DNA from: Octopus sinensis
Taxonomy: Eukaryota
Direction of reading: 5' to 3'
Length of the DNA stretch: 64,000 nt
Assembly: GCF_006345805.1 (NCBI RefSeq)
Contig: NC_042999.1
Span: 71,610,001 to 71,674,000 of the forward strand
Translations under genes and position numbers: made by a program
Notes under the pieces: model-generated
Told to the model about the DNA's origin: nothing
Databases searched by the model: none
What the model saw: only the letters and a program-made list of their open reading frames with translations
Part shown: one piece after another, positions 39,090 to 53,213 of the stretch
Numbering within the stretch: position 1 is the first letter of the stretch
How the letters are laid out: every line of letters begins with the position of its first letter

Positions 39090-39530
39090 AAGGGTCGTTA
39101 GACCAGAACGAGGGTAAAATAGCGAACGCCGCCTCCAGGCCATTTCAGTAGACTAGACTTGTACCTGCACGACTGCAATGCGCTGGTCGACCGATTCAAT
39201 TTCAAAAAAAGATCTCTCCGAGCCAACCTCACCCCTGCTGAATCGATCGCCCTCGCGATCCCTGTCATTGGACCAGCAGGAAAAGGTGGAGCAGTGGTGG
39301 TGTGGTGCGGGGACCTATACAGAGATGTTCGGCTACGTGCGAACACTCCTTTTGCCCGTCACTTCCGCTTTGCAAACCCCCTCTAACACCTCCGACTTTA
39401 GCCTCGCTCTGCACCACAGATTCACACACTCACGACTCTGCCTAGAACAGCGGTATATCTTTAATCTACGAACAATTATCCACTTCGGACTAAACACAAC
39501 CCCCTCCTCCTATTGACTGCCTCTACACCT
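39090..39530 (+). mobile_element. Internally deleted Penelope-like element
   Basis: PAGKGGAVVVWCGDLY (RT N-terminal KPADKGGAVVVW motif) joined to PFARHFR...HSRLCLEQRYIFNLRTIIHFGLN (GIY-YIG C-terminus). Confidence 0.75.
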
Positions 39531-41005
39531 CCTGCAAGAAAGCAACCTTATTCCATTTTCACTTCCTTTTTTGTAAATTGCGCCATTTTATATTGTATTA
39601 ACTTCTTTATCTCCTTTCTACCTTACTTTTTATAATTCATTGCTTTTATTTCTATATACACGCACACATACAGACACATACGTACACATCCATACATACA
39701 TGAAAAAGCACACGCACCCGTGCACACACATTAATGCGCATATATCTCTCACACACACTACACATATACAACACACATACATGCACATATACACATACAC
39801 ATACTTCCGCACACACACACACACATACACACGCACACACGCGCATACACATATGCCCACACATACATTTGCACACATACACGCACATACACACGCATGC
39901 ATGCATACACACTCACATACACCCACGCGCACACATACACATACATAGTCATGCACACGTGCATACACGCAACAAAACGCACACATAACCCGACACACAT
40001 CTCCACGTTCACGCATACATATACACATGCATGCACATACGCACATACACACACGCACAAACATATACACACGTACATACACATATATACACATATTCGC
40101 ACATGCACGTACACACGCACACGAATGCACACATGCACGCACACACGCACATGAATGCACACATGCCTAACACTCACAACCCCACGCATACCCGTATACA
40201 CACACGCACACGCACACACGCACATAAATACACACGCACACAAATACACACGCACACAAATACACATGCGCACATACACGCACATACAGACACATGTACA
40301 CACGCACATACATTCACACGCGCGCACATATATACACACACGCACACACACAGAGTAACGTACAGTTACTGTACAGACACAACCTCACACGTACACACAC
40401 ATATATACATATACAAACACACACACTGCAAACAAAACACACAAACAGTACATATATATACACGCACACACACATACTTCAAACTACCAGTACCTTTCTA
40501 CTGACCATTCTCCTACGCACATGTGTAGGTTGAGACACGACAGCCACTCCTAATTCTTCCTATGACCTTAAACGATAGTAAGTCCAACCACACACATACA
40601 TAAACAGCCACAACCACACACATACACACATACACACACACTCGCACGCACATACACATACTATCATTACACACATACACATATGCAGACGCACGCACAC
40701 GCACATACCCACATATGAACACACACATATCTCCTTCTTTTGCACTCTCCTGTCTTTGAAAGAACTTTTTCTTCCCCCATTCCCTTCCAGTCATTTCAAT
40801 ATGTGACCGCGTGTGTATCGTTGGCGATTTTCTTTCTCCGTCTTCCCTTCTTTGGAATTTTTCTATACCACTGGTGAAGAGCTCCGCTCGAAACGGGAAA
40901 TCCTCTTTCTTTTCTTTCGTTTCCTGAGTGTCCAATAACACTGTACTTATTCCACGTCCTTGTTGCTTGTTCATGTTTGGATTGACTACATACATACACA
41001 TACAC

Positions 41006-41064
<59 letters not shown>

Positions 41065-41412
41065 AATATATATATACATTCATATATATTTATACGCAAG
41101 TACACATATATATGTATCTACATCCATATCTATATCTATATATACACACGCGTATATGTATTGTAATCAGAAAAAGAATGAAGTGTTATATGATTTATAT
41201 GATTTTATTTGCTGACATCTTTCGCAAAGCTTGCGTGAAATGGCTTGAAACACATAATCGATCAATTAAATAATCAATTAATCAATAAAATATTGCGACA
41301 GTTATCTCGCAAACTCTTCTCATCAGACCTGAAAAGTAGATCTGTTAGATTTTTCCAAACACTGCTAGAAACTCGAGAAAGTAGACAATAAGTGTATCGT
41401 ATTACATTCCCT

Positions 41413-41461
<49 letters not shown>

Positions 41462-41470
41462 ATATAATAT

Positions 41471-41523
<53 letters not shown>

Positions 41524-41539
41524 TATATATAATATATAT

Positions 41540-41573
<34 letters not shown>

Positions 41574-42019
41574 CATTCCAGTGATTAGATCCAGAGATTC
41601 TCAGTACAGAAGACATTTGATATGTGCCCAAAAGACTCCGATGTCTTTACAGGGGATCGATTCTACAAGGTAAAGCTTGACTGTAAGAGGGATCAAGTTA
41701 AATACATTAAATATATTAAATAAAATAGTTTGAGTATGAATCAGAAAGTATAAATATAGGGATATCTATATTAATAGGTGAAACTTACACAGAGTACAAA
41801 CATGGGAGAAAATTGAAGAGGTGGAAGAAAGGTATAATAAGGCCATCAGCTGTTTACCGAGGCTCGGACATCCATAATGATGTTGGTAGATTTAGTTAAA
41901 CATAATATGTGGCTGGAATGGATACAATCAACATTGGATAAGGCGAGTCTCCCTCATCAGAGTAGAGGTATTTCATTTCAGATCTTAATACAATGAGGTT
42001 CAAAGATGGAATGATTAAA

Positions 42020-42700
42020 TGTGGAGAGCTAGCTGTATTGGATGGGAAAATATGAAGATTGGTGGGTTATAGGGGTGGAGGTGCAAGATTGGGGGGTTGA
42101 TAATGAAGGTGCTAAGGGAGATGGTGGCAGAGGTGGCGAGTTGGGAGATGCATAAGAGGGTCAGGATAGAATTTGAATGGTAAGGAATCGAGTTGGATTT
42201 GTGTCTAGGTGTCAAAGTTTAGGAATAATAGCCATAGGATTATTGTAAGGTGAGGTAATGAGAAAAGGAAAGGCAATTATTTGAGGTAGGTAAAGTGTCT
42301 AGTTCAATGGTAGAGAGAGATTACTAAAGTATGTACAAAAGTATGAGAGGGGGTAGAGGAGGACAGCGTCGAAGGGGTGAGTGAATGGACAAGTTAGCAG
42401 TGGTTAGTAGAATTATGAATTTGAGTTGGTATTGGGATGGGAGTACTGAGTATATGGAAATGTATGAAATTGAATAGAGAGATGTTAATAGAGAAGGGAG
42501 GAGAGGTTGACAGGTTAATATCTAATTGAGTGGGGGTAGTAGTAAGTGCCTTTGGTTGAAGAGGAGAAATGAGAGGAAGGAAAGGATAGCCTCCCCATCT
42601 TCACAAGTGGTATACTTTCCATGCTCTTAGTGGGGATGGGGAGATTTTACACGATGCGAAGCAATGGGATTGAAACCGAGAATACTCGCATTTGTATGGG
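42020..42700 (-). mobile_element. Highly decayed pyrimidine-rich Penelope-like RT fragment
   Basis: HKSNSIPY-like remnant and composition similar to 14270-14910. Heavily degraded. Confidence 0.4.
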
Positions 42701-42729
42701 TGCTTCATAAGTACAAGAATATGACTGAG

Positions 42730-42784
<55 letters not shown>

Positions 42785-42871
42785 TTAGAGACAAAACCAC
42801 TATTTTGCAAATCAAACAAGGAAAGACTTAATCAATACATAAAAAAAAATTAATATTAAGTAAATAAATCG

Positions 42872-42915
42872 CCACTACAATTGTTTCCTGTCTTCAAATG
42901 ACATTCATCAGGTGG
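42872..42915 (-). ncRNA. Type I minimal hammerhead ribozyme motif
   Basis: Minus strand reads CCAC-CTGATGA-a-TGTC-atttgaa-GACA-g-GAAA-C-AATT-GTA-GTGG. Stem I CCAC/GTGG, palindromic ACAATTGT stem III, GUA triplet (after 42876). The 10.1-11.1 pair is A.G instead of G-C. Confidence 0.65.
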
Positions 42916-43444
42916 ATTTCATAGCTAAAAATATCAATATTTAAAAAAATTAATTTAAAATGGCTAAAACTATAAATAATATAAATTTATCAATGAAAAA
43001 ATATAAAAATATATAATCTATATATAATCTATATATAATATAATCAAGAACTAAAATAACCTCTATAAACAATTGAATATAAAGAAACCTATTATTAAAG
43101 TTCTCATATTTAAAGATGAAGAATCTAATTTCAAAAAACAAATGTATATATAGTCAATAATAAAAGGGTAAAATTAATTAATTATTTAATTATTAATTAA
43201 TAATTTTACCAAGTAGAGTTCAGTATGTAAAAAGACCATTTACGGTATATTTAAAACATTACGTTATATAATTAGGGTTCAGTAAAAAAATTTACTTTAC
43301 CACACACCGAACTTTTAGAAATAGCAGCCAAAAAGTTTAGCTATTTCGTGTACTATAAGAAAAGTCTCCCAGACAATGTATACTCAAAAATAATTCACTT
43401 ACGTATAGAGGAAAAATAACGAAAGGTCACACGTACATCGATTA

Positions 43445-43507
43445 CTTGAGAACGCCGTTTCTGGATTAGGTGGATATAGAGATCAACATTTCCGTCATCA
43501 GCCCAAG
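43445..43507 (-). ncRNA. Degenerate type I hammerhead motif
   Basis: CTTGGG-CTGATGA-cGGA...TCCa-GAAA-C-GGC-GTT-CTCAAG. 6-bp stem I, but a GUU triplet and an imperfect stem II. Confidence 0.45.
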
Positions 43508-44052
43508 ATTTCTTTAGGTTTGAATTTGAGAGCACTAAAAATCGAACATACCCGTCTGATATGAGTAATCCCAGACAAATCAACTTCGACTTCCAGTACT
43601 AACGAATTCAAAAAGTACGAATGAGGCTTCACATTCTTCCCCGTCCACCCACATAATTATTCAATTCCACTGCGTCGCATCTTGTGCAAGTTTTTTTATC
43701 TAAGAGAATGGCAGTGTTAGATAAAAATTCCCCACCCCCACTGAGAGGAAGGAAAGAATACGACTTTTGAAGATGAGGCGGCTATTCTTTCCCTCCTCTC
43801 ATTTCTCTTCTTCAAACAAAGCACATACCCTAAAATCTCCGACAGAGATGTTAAGTTAGTAAAAAAGAATTTAACGTCTATTTCTAGCAGTACGTGGTGA
43901 GGGATTAAGCTGACCCCTTGTTATAACTATGAATATAATTACAAAATAATTTGTAAAATTTACCTAAAAGGTTTTTATTTCCGCACTGGCTACCTGTAAA
44001 ATCATTATTAATTTTAACCTCTTTCTTTCTATCTCTCTCACTTTCTCTCTCT

Positions 44053-44094
<42 letters not shown>

Positions 44095-44515
44095 ATATAT
44101 ATATATATATATATATAATTTAGAGTGGTGGGTCTGGTCGATTTCATTGTCTTCAGTCCTCAAGTAGTGATAGTAAGGTTATCGACTCTCAAAGAATAAA
44201 ATTCGAAGTTGAACTCAGAACGTGTCTTCATAAGCACATATATATGCACACAGGTATAAACGCACTTATGCATCCATTGACAAGGTAGCAAAATCACAAA
44301 AAAATTGTGGAAAACATAAAGAAAAATAAATGAGTGAAAATCGAATCCCTGTGTGCGATAAATATTAAGGCACATGCATATACATACATATATAAATATA
44401 TATTTGTGTGTGTGAGTGTGTGTTTGTGTGTGGCAATAAAAACAAAGGGATGTGTTTTACAGTATCGCTAAAATCTTTTCTTTGGGAGATTTTATAGCAT
44501 TGCAACTTCCTATAG

Positions 44516-44749
44516 GTGGTCATGTATGAAGTAAAACATCTAGAACATAATGAAAAGAGAAAAGGAAAACGAAGGACTGACTTGCTCAACGACATGCCAC
44601 TGGGCTACGCTGACAAGAGGCACATCGGTATTTGCACGTATGCAACGCAGTATAGCTTGAAGATTCGGGACGTTCTCTTTCATGTTTCACAGTATCGCAT
44701 AGATGTTACACTTCTACACACTTGCTTGTACAATGTTACAATGCAATAA
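44516..44749 (+). CDS. Candidate terminal coding exon, unknown protein
   Basis: caacttcctatAG acceptor at 44514-15, 77 open codons in phase 0 (VVMYEVKHLEHNEKRKGKRRTDLLNDMPLGY...), TAA overlapping AATAAA at 44745-50. Confidence 0.28.
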   Translation: MVMYEVKHLEHNEKRKGKRRTDLLNDMPLGYADKRHIGICTYATQYSLKIRDVLFHVSQYRIDVTLLHTCLYNVTMQ

Positions 44750-44975
44750 AATCTCATCATGAAATGATTGTAGCGACTCCATGCAATCCATTTGTTTGCT
44801 TTCATTGATATTTTACTCCGTGCTGAAGTTCTTTTGAACTTTGGACGCTCTTGAATTTGCCAAATACCAGTGGACTCCTGGATTGTTTACCTTTCAATTT
44901 GTGTGGTATCACATAACCATTAATGTGGTCTGTTTTAGTATGATACGCACCAATATATCAATATATTTAATCTAT

Positions 44976-45090
<115 letters not shown>

Positions 45091-45127
45091 ACTATCTATC
45101 TATCTACCTATCTATCTATCTATCTAA

Positions 45128-45191
<64 letters not shown>

Positions 45192-45205
45192 TTGAATTGT
45201 ATGTA

Positions 45206-45238
<33 letters not shown>

Positions 45239-45363
45239 AATACATATGCATAAATAAATATATTCTCATATATGTACGTATATATAGGCATGTATATATA
45301 AGTATGTATATGTTCATATACATATATATATGTATATAAATATATTATATATATATATATATA

Positions 45364-45425
<62 letters not shown>

Positions 45426-45960
45426 CATACGTATATACATATACATATATTACCCTCTCTCTCTTGTATATGTATATACAAGTTATATATAAGTCTCTTT
45501 TGAACTATTTTCTTATTGATTTTGATATTAAATTGTAATATGAATTTATCTATCTACATATGTGTACGTATGCAAGAATACATGCTGGGGACTGTAAGTG
45601 TGGATGTGTTTCCGCGTGGATATGTATGTGCGTGTGGGTGGTGGTGTTGTGTGTGTGTGTGTGTGTGTGTGTTAGGGAGAGAGAGAGAGAGAGACTGCTG
45701 TTACTTCCGTTTGGACGTTCGTGGCTCGAGCTCTACGCATTTCGAGATAAGGGTTTTGGTAAATTGCTATTTGCATTTCACGCTTGCCAAGCGTTTGTTT
45801 AATAGCGAACACTTTAATACATTCTTTTTCTCACAGTTTGTCTGTCTGTGTGTCGGTGTGTTGACAATGATAAGTTTGTAGATGACATGTTCTTCCTTCA
45901 AAAGTACTCGTACCTGAGGTTACAGTTTGGTATATGAATGTTTCCAATTTATGCGATTAC

Positions 45961-46045
<85 letters not shown>

Positions 46046-46076
46046 GCTGTCTGCCTGTTTATCTATCTACCTAGCC

Positions 46077-46162
<86 letters not shown>

Positions 46163-46215
46163 GCTGTCTGCCTGTTTATCTATCTACCTAGCCATCTATT
46201 TATCTATCTATCTAC

Positions 46216-46258
<43 letters not shown>

Positions 46259-46789
46259 CCTAAATATATATATTCATACATACATACATGTATATATGTA
46301 ATGTGTGTATATATACATACATGTATATATGTAGTGTGTGTATATATACATACATGTATATATGAGTGTGTGTATGTACATCCGTATGCATACATACATA
46401 CTTATTTACATGCATAGATGTATATATGTATGTATACAGATGAAAATACACACACTCACACACACACTTACACATACCCATGCATGTATACAGACATCTG
46501 AAGAGAAAGTTGACACCATTATTTTTGAAAGATTTATTTCTATAAACAAAATAATGTCATTTGATGCATTTGAATATTTAATCTAGTATTTAGTAGACAT
46601 GTTTTGTGCATAATATATTAGCATGTTTGCAGTATCAGGTAGCACCCGCTAGTGTCCACACAGGTAAAACGGAAGAATGAGTATGTATGTTCTCATCTAT
46701 CTTTAATTATTTAAATTCTTCCTCTCGGGAAGGAGCGTGTTTCTAGGAAGGATAAAAATTTATCATCGTTGGAATGTAGATAATGAGAA

Positions 46790-49100
46790 TAACTCACATT
46801 TCAAATTGGAGAAATGTCTTGCATGGTTTTATCTCTAATGTGCAAGTTAGTAGATTACTTTTTCTGAAAATCCAAGCTTATCCAGAGTGTCAGTTAGGCA
46901 TCTAGCTACAAAGCCAAGTGCACCAATTATTATTGGCATAATTCTAAATTTGTAATCTGGATAAACAAACAAGCGGTTTCGAGACAGTCGTCAATAGCTT
47001 TCCTCTTTCTGTTTATTTTTGGAAGAGATTGACATTAGCAGGAGAGCTGATCACGATGACAATACGCACTTCTTCCTGTCTGTCCCAAGCAACAATATCG
47101 GGCCTCTTGACAGATGTTTTTATGGGAATGTTCCAGCAGTATTCCTTGTGTTGATGTTTGTATATATATTCAATAGTTTTCAATGGCATTGTATGTTGTT
47201 TTTGCGACAACGTCGTCTAGCAAAGGGAAGTAATACCATGATGATATTTTTAGTAGCTGTTAATCACATGACATATTGTACATGTTCTGTTGCATCTTGG
47301 AACTCCAACAGTTTCATTGTCTTTTTTGTTTATTAGACATTTAGCTGCAACCTCCTGTTCTTGGATTGCAAATGCACAGCTTTCGAAGTGTGATGTTATG
47401 TAGGCTTTATGTCAATATTAATAAGTCTTTGGGAAACACACCCATGCATAATCTTTTTTTTTGTATTCTGATAGTTTCACAACAAGGTTTTCTTTGGGAT
47501 ATGTTACTCATGTTGATTTGGAGATGTATGAGAGATCATTAGGGAGTCAATGGCTCCCAAGGAGCTCGCTGACGGCACGTAGAATATTGCTCCCTTCACT
47601 TTTCAACATTTGGTTAGTATATCTATTTTTGATGTTGCTGTTTAGCAAGTACTATCTGAGAGAGACTATACGACATTCGAAGGCTGTCTGCACTAACCTC
47701 AATCCTCTACTTTCTTTATCTCCTCTTAGATAGAGCTAGCCCATATCACTATTCCTGTGAAGATTTCCAGTTTACATCAATATCTTGCGGGTTTTAACAT
47801 TTATGGAGTGTATTTCTTCTAAAGGCCAGTCAAGTATCCCAAATGTTGGAATCAGCACTGGTACTGAAAATTCAATAGTGAGATGTTGTCTTGTACGAGG
47901 AAAGTTCTAACTGCCATACTTTTCTAAGTCTAGCATAATATTCTCGGGTCACTCTATCTTTATCCATAGTAACTTTTTATTGTGTTTTCATCCATGCTTA
48001 GGTAGTTGTAGCATTATTTGCGTGGGACAGGTAGATAATGAGACCATTGAGACATATGATGTGGTGACTGATTTTCCCCGTTCAACCATCAAATACGAAC
48101 ATTTTCTTTTGGCCAAATTGCATTGCAATATCAGCTGAAAATGTCACTATTAATCCCTTTTTTTATTGTTAAAATTTTTAGCATAAATCTTGGAGTCATC
48201 CACAAAAGATTATTGGCTCCATTAGTATCTCTAGCAGTTGCAGACCCGTGCATCTAGCCATTTGATTTTTGTAGTAGGAATGTATTTAATGCAGCAAGAA
48301 TGGATTTAATGCAGCGGAAATGGATTTAATGCCAAATTGAACAGAATTACAGGAAGACGTTCTCCTTCGAATATTCCCTTTTAAATATTTGTAACATTCG
48401 AGACGATTGTTCCGCTCTCAGTTGTAAATGTAAGAACTGTTGCCAAGATCTTTGTGAGTCTCTCAATTGCAGCAATTAAGACAGAAGGTACTTTTGCCAT
48501 ATGGATTCACATCGGCACACATGAGAGGAAAATAGAGTCAAATGCCTTCCTGCAATGAAACCATACTGTTGTGAAGTTCTTACGATGTTTTTTTTCACTT
48601 CATGCAGTACAGCTATGTTTATTAAAAGTTGTTTGGCACATCCTTACTCTCCCTTTTTCCCACCTGCCAGCCCATCAGTCACTGTTTTGTTGGACTTGCA
48701 ATGATCCAGGAAGAATTGTTTGAGGCAGCTTCTACTCAGCTTGCACATAATATTTAGGCAAGCAATGGAGATATATTTTTAAGCACACTCGGTTGATTTC
48801 AATCTTATGTACAAGTTTTATCTGTGCTATAGCAAGCCAATTTGGTATGTCAATCTGACCTTCCATTGTGCTTCTGAATAAACATAGTAGTTTGCGGTAA
48901 AGATGTCAGCCTTTTTTTACCAGTATCTAACTATTAGGTCCCTTCCAGTGCTTTTCCAGTCTGCTTTCGGGAATCTTTCGGGCATGTTTTACTGTTGATG
49001 TTGGAACGGTATTCATTCCTTAATGGATTCATCTACAGTGTGTTAAGGTTGAGATCTTTCTTTTCGTTCGAAATTTTCAACCAGAAGGATTCAAGATCTT
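46790..49100 (-). mobile_element. R4/Dong-like non-LTR retrotransposon, RT plus RLE, decayed
   Basis: Remnants of WKAPG, RKAFDS, GIF(E)GE and PDLM-like RT motifs at 48000-49000, then YCWNIPIKTSVKRPDIVAWDRQEE..ISSPANVN (RLE PD motif). Many stops and frameshifts. Confidence 0.85.
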
Positions 49101-49229
49101 CTTGAGAGATGCTTTCTTAATGGAAATTTTTCCTTTTTCATCTCTCTGTATAATGTCGGTGGGCTGGAAGCAAACTCGTGATATATACATACATACATAC
49201 ATACGCGCACACATACACACACACACACG

Positions 49230-49268
<39 letters not shown>

Positions 49269-49279
49269 ACACACACACA

Positions 49280-49322
<43 letters not shown>

Positions 49323-49901
49323 TTGTGTCTGGAGTGAGTCATTTTATTTTTTGGCCTTATAATGTAACACACTCACCCGTAAAACTTTCACTTATTTTTA
49401 TTTTCCTAAAATTTTCGTTGCGTCTTAGAATCTTTTCAATAGTCTTGGCTCTGTCCGTTAGTTAAACTGAGTTCCGTTTTGTTTGTTTGTGCGCATGTGT
49501 TTGGGTCAGTGTGTATGTGTGTGTGCCTATGCATGCATCGACGTTGTATGTATGTGTGTATGTATGTATGCATGTATGTATGTATGTATGTATGTATGTA
49601 TGTATGTATGTATGTATGTATGTATGTATGTATGTATGTATGTATGTGTGTGTATGTATACATGAGTGTGTATGCATATGTATATATGTATGTATGCGTG
49701 TGCATGTGTATATATATATTCTGCATATTCATGTGCCTGCATGTCTGTGTTTGTGTATTTTTATGTATGTGTGTGTGAGCGTGTGTTTGTATATGTATGC
49801 ACCACTGTCTCCTTGTGTGTACCATGTTTGTATGTATGGATGTGCATCTCTATATGTGTGGACACGCGTCACCTTATGTGTCCTTGTGTGGAGTAAAGTG
49901 C

Positions 49902-49937
<36 letters not shown>

Positions 49938-50204
49938 ATGTGTTTCAGTCACCATTTGCGTATGTGTGCTTGTATGTTCATATAACCTATGTACCTATCC
50001 GTCTGTATGTTGATCTGTTTATTTTCATATCCATATGCTTACATACACGTGAATATACCCGCCACACACACACAAATACACACACACATGCACACATACA
50101 TACATACATCTATCTACATAACAACCCATTAACTATTCTACTCTACCTGTGTAAACTGTGGGTATGGAGGTATGATATCTACTATGTATATTTCCTATAT
50201 GGGA

Positions 50205-51050
50205 AATAATGAGGAGGAGTGGGCCCAACACTGTACCTTGTGGGATTGTATTCCTTCAAACACAATATGTTGGGTTCTGTTCGTCAGGAAACACTTTATC
50301 CATTGCAACAGCTTTCCACGGACTCCATTGCTGGACAGTTTCTTCAGCAGGATTTTGTGACCCACTCTGTCAAATGCCTTGCTGAAATCAAGGTAAATGA
50401 GGTTAGTTTGGGAGCCCTCTCCTAACGCTTTTAAGATGTCATCAAAATGGTACAGAAGCTGCGACAGACAGTCCCTGCCATCACGGAAAACATTCTGGTT
50501 GGGGTTCAACAGATTTTTTTCTTCGAGGAAGTGAGTTATTCGCGATCTCATCACCCTCTCAAATACTTTAATAATATGATAAGTGAGTGAAATCGGACGG
50601 TAGTTCACTGCAAGAGATTTGTTTCCCTTTTTGAAGACTGGAACCACAGACTGAGAAAGGAAATGATCAAGAATGTAACCCGCATCAAGTGAGTTTCTCC
50701 AGAGCTCCGCTAGATGGGGTGCAATTTGATGTCGACACATCTTCAGGACAGTGGCCGAGAACTTATAAGGACCTACTGCCGAGCTGTGTTTGATCTTATC
50801 TATTTCTGTTAGCATATCAAGAGCACCAAAGACAGAAATGTATTGTATCTGCAGTATCTCACACATGGATATTGCGTCATCAACCAGAAGACCAATAGTG
50901 GAAACAGAGTCTTTCTACTTTTTTGCAAATGAAAAGAACACGTTGGGATTGAGTTATATTTTCTCAATGGCCCAACTCTCCTCAGCTTCTCTTTGACTGT
51001 TAATGGTGGTCATCATGCTCTTTTGGAGGCCGTGTTTTTTCGATTCGAGG
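50205..51050 (-). mobile_element. CR1-clade LINE RT fragment
   Basis: VVPVFKKGNKSLAVNYRPISLT...LLNPNQ..FRDGRDCLSQLL...IYLDFSKAFDRV...PQGTVLGP. Truncated just after the PQG motif. Confidence 0.92.
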
Positions 51051-51367
51051 GATGCAATGCAGTCGAGTCGGTGCATTGCTGCTGGCAGTATTTAAGTTCG
51101 TTGATTTTCTTGTTCTTTTTATTTTTCTGATAATTGCTCTTCTATTTCTAGAGATTCTGCACTTAGATTTCTATACTGATCTTAATGGAGGATGTTTTGC
51201 GCATATGTTTGTTACAGTTTCTACAAATGTCTGCCATGATGTGTTTATGCGTGGGTGAAGGCCCAATCAACTTGTGAAAGATCATGGAATTTCAACATCA
51301 ATAACAGCGTATTTTTGTATGTATGTATATATGTATGTATGTATGTATATATGTATGTAAGTATGTG

Positions 51368-51399
<32 letters not shown>

Positions 51400-51489
51400 T
51401 GTATGTATGTATGTATGTATGTATGTATGTATGTATGTGCAGATTTATATGTTTTACGTATGTATTTTCATGCATACAGTTGTATATCT

Positions 51490-52062
51490 ATATTAAATTA
51501 AAATGATAAACTTCTGGAAAGTTTTACAGATTTTTACAGTTCCAGTGATGTAGTGGATCTGTAGTTTTCGAATTAGCTTTCTCATTTCTGGCTTTGACAA
51601 ACTTAATTCCTCAAGACTGGTATTTTGGCAGTGTGTTACCCCAATAAGTACATGTGTAAACCTGAATTTATAATTTGGATATAGTTAGTGCAGATTTCTC
51701 AATAGTTCAGCGTAGGTGTTTTCTTTTTCACTAACCTTCAGCTTTATGTTAACAACTGCTGGGCAGCTAATTTCCATAACTGCACAGTTTCTCTTCTCTA
51801 TCCCAAGTCATTCTAAATTGTTGTACTTACATCTTATTGAACTCTTCATTAGTACATTTCATCAGTATTCCTTTTTATTATGTGTGGCTATGGCTTCAAC
51901 CATATTCTAGATTCTTATTTCATTGTCCTCGGGATTATCGTGCTGATGGATTTCATTATAGAGTATCCTAGCTACAACGTCATGCCTCATCGGTAGATAA
52001 TACTGTGATGACATTTTCGAACAACTGATTATGATGTAGGCGATATCTTCAGTGTGAACTCT
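51490..52062 (-). mobile_element. R4/Dong-like 3' fragment (zinc-knuckle-adjacent region plus RLE), same family as 1244-2990
   Basis: EDIAYIIISCSKMSSQYYLPMRHDVVAR. The 3' end ...tcactggaactgtaaaaatctgtaaaactttccagaagtttatcatt matches 1630-1675. (TACA)n follows. Confidence 0.85.
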
Positions 52063-52265
52063 ATGTATGTATGTATGTATGTATGTATGTATGTATGTAT
52101 GTATGTATGTATGTATGTATGTATGTATGTATGTATGTACGTACGTACGTACGTATGTATGTATGTATGTATGTATGTATGTATGTATGTATGTATGTAT
52201 GTATGTATGTATGTATGTATGTATGTATGTACGTATGTATGTATGTATGTATGTATGCATGCATT

Positions 52266-52297
<32 letters not shown>

Positions 52298-52596
52298 TGT
52301 ATGTATGTATGTATGTATTTATGTATGTATGTATGTATGTATGTAATTTGTTGCTCCGACGCAGTAGATTTCAAGATAGAAATTCTCTCTTAATATTTCA
52401 GTAGGTGAGAACGTTTAGAGATAGTGTAAAACTCTAACACGTTGTATAACTATAGATTAATGTTTCAGTAGAATATAATTAAAATACCAACTTGATTCTG
52501 TAATTCTTAATTGATTTTGAATTCATCGTTATCCGTCTTTGGGTTTTCATCGAATTGCTTTGCTTGCCAAACTTTAACTCAGTTTATTAGAAGGAT

Positions 52597-52658
<62 letters not shown>

Positions 52659-52927
52659 CACAAATACACACAAACACAGACAGACACACAGACAGACAGA
52701 CACACACACACACAGATATATATGCGTGTGATGTGTGTGTGTGTATGTATATATGCCTCGAGTGGGTGGCTTTTATGCTAGCTCCTGTGGAGGGTTCTTC
52801 ATTGGGTCTTGAGCCCAACAATGACAATTCATTCATTGAGTACATAATAAAATTTGTTAAACTTGCACGATATTTTACAAACAATTAACACTTTTCATCA
52901 AAACAATGATGTTTGTCTATTTGGGAC

Positions 52928-53105
52928 TTATTGCAAAGCTGCATGATAAACAACAATTTTGATCTTCTCATTCGGGGTCAGTACAAATAGCTTATTCCCA
53001 TTCCCAACCCTTGAATAACCAGCATAGAGTTGGCCGTGAGAAAAGCAGGATTCCATCAAATGAAGCCCATTTACTTTCAATGATTGTACTTGGGATCTAT
53101 TGAAC
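52928..53105 (-). mobile_element. Helitron PIF1-type helicase C-terminal fragment
   Basis: NRSQVQSLKVNGLHLMESCFSHGQLYAGYSRVGNGNKLFVLTPNEKIKIVVYHAALQ* matches the Helitron INKSQGQSL...FSHGQLYVA.SRV motifs. Confidence 0.8.
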
Positions 53106-53106
53106 T

Positions 53107-53213
53107 ATTTCCGCAACAACTGGTTGCCCATTGGCATCAATGCCGCCGATTTGCATTGATTTTTTTTCGAGCCAAGCATCGCATATTGCTCGACAGAAAA
53201 TACTCCAATCTAT
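53107..53213 (-). mobile_element. Merlin (IS1595/ISXO2-like) transposase fragment
   Basis: IDWSIFCRAICDAWLEKKSMQIGGIDANGQPVVAEI matches the DW..FCRE.C..WL....IGG......VVEIDE motif and stops just before the DE. Confidence 0.7.
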
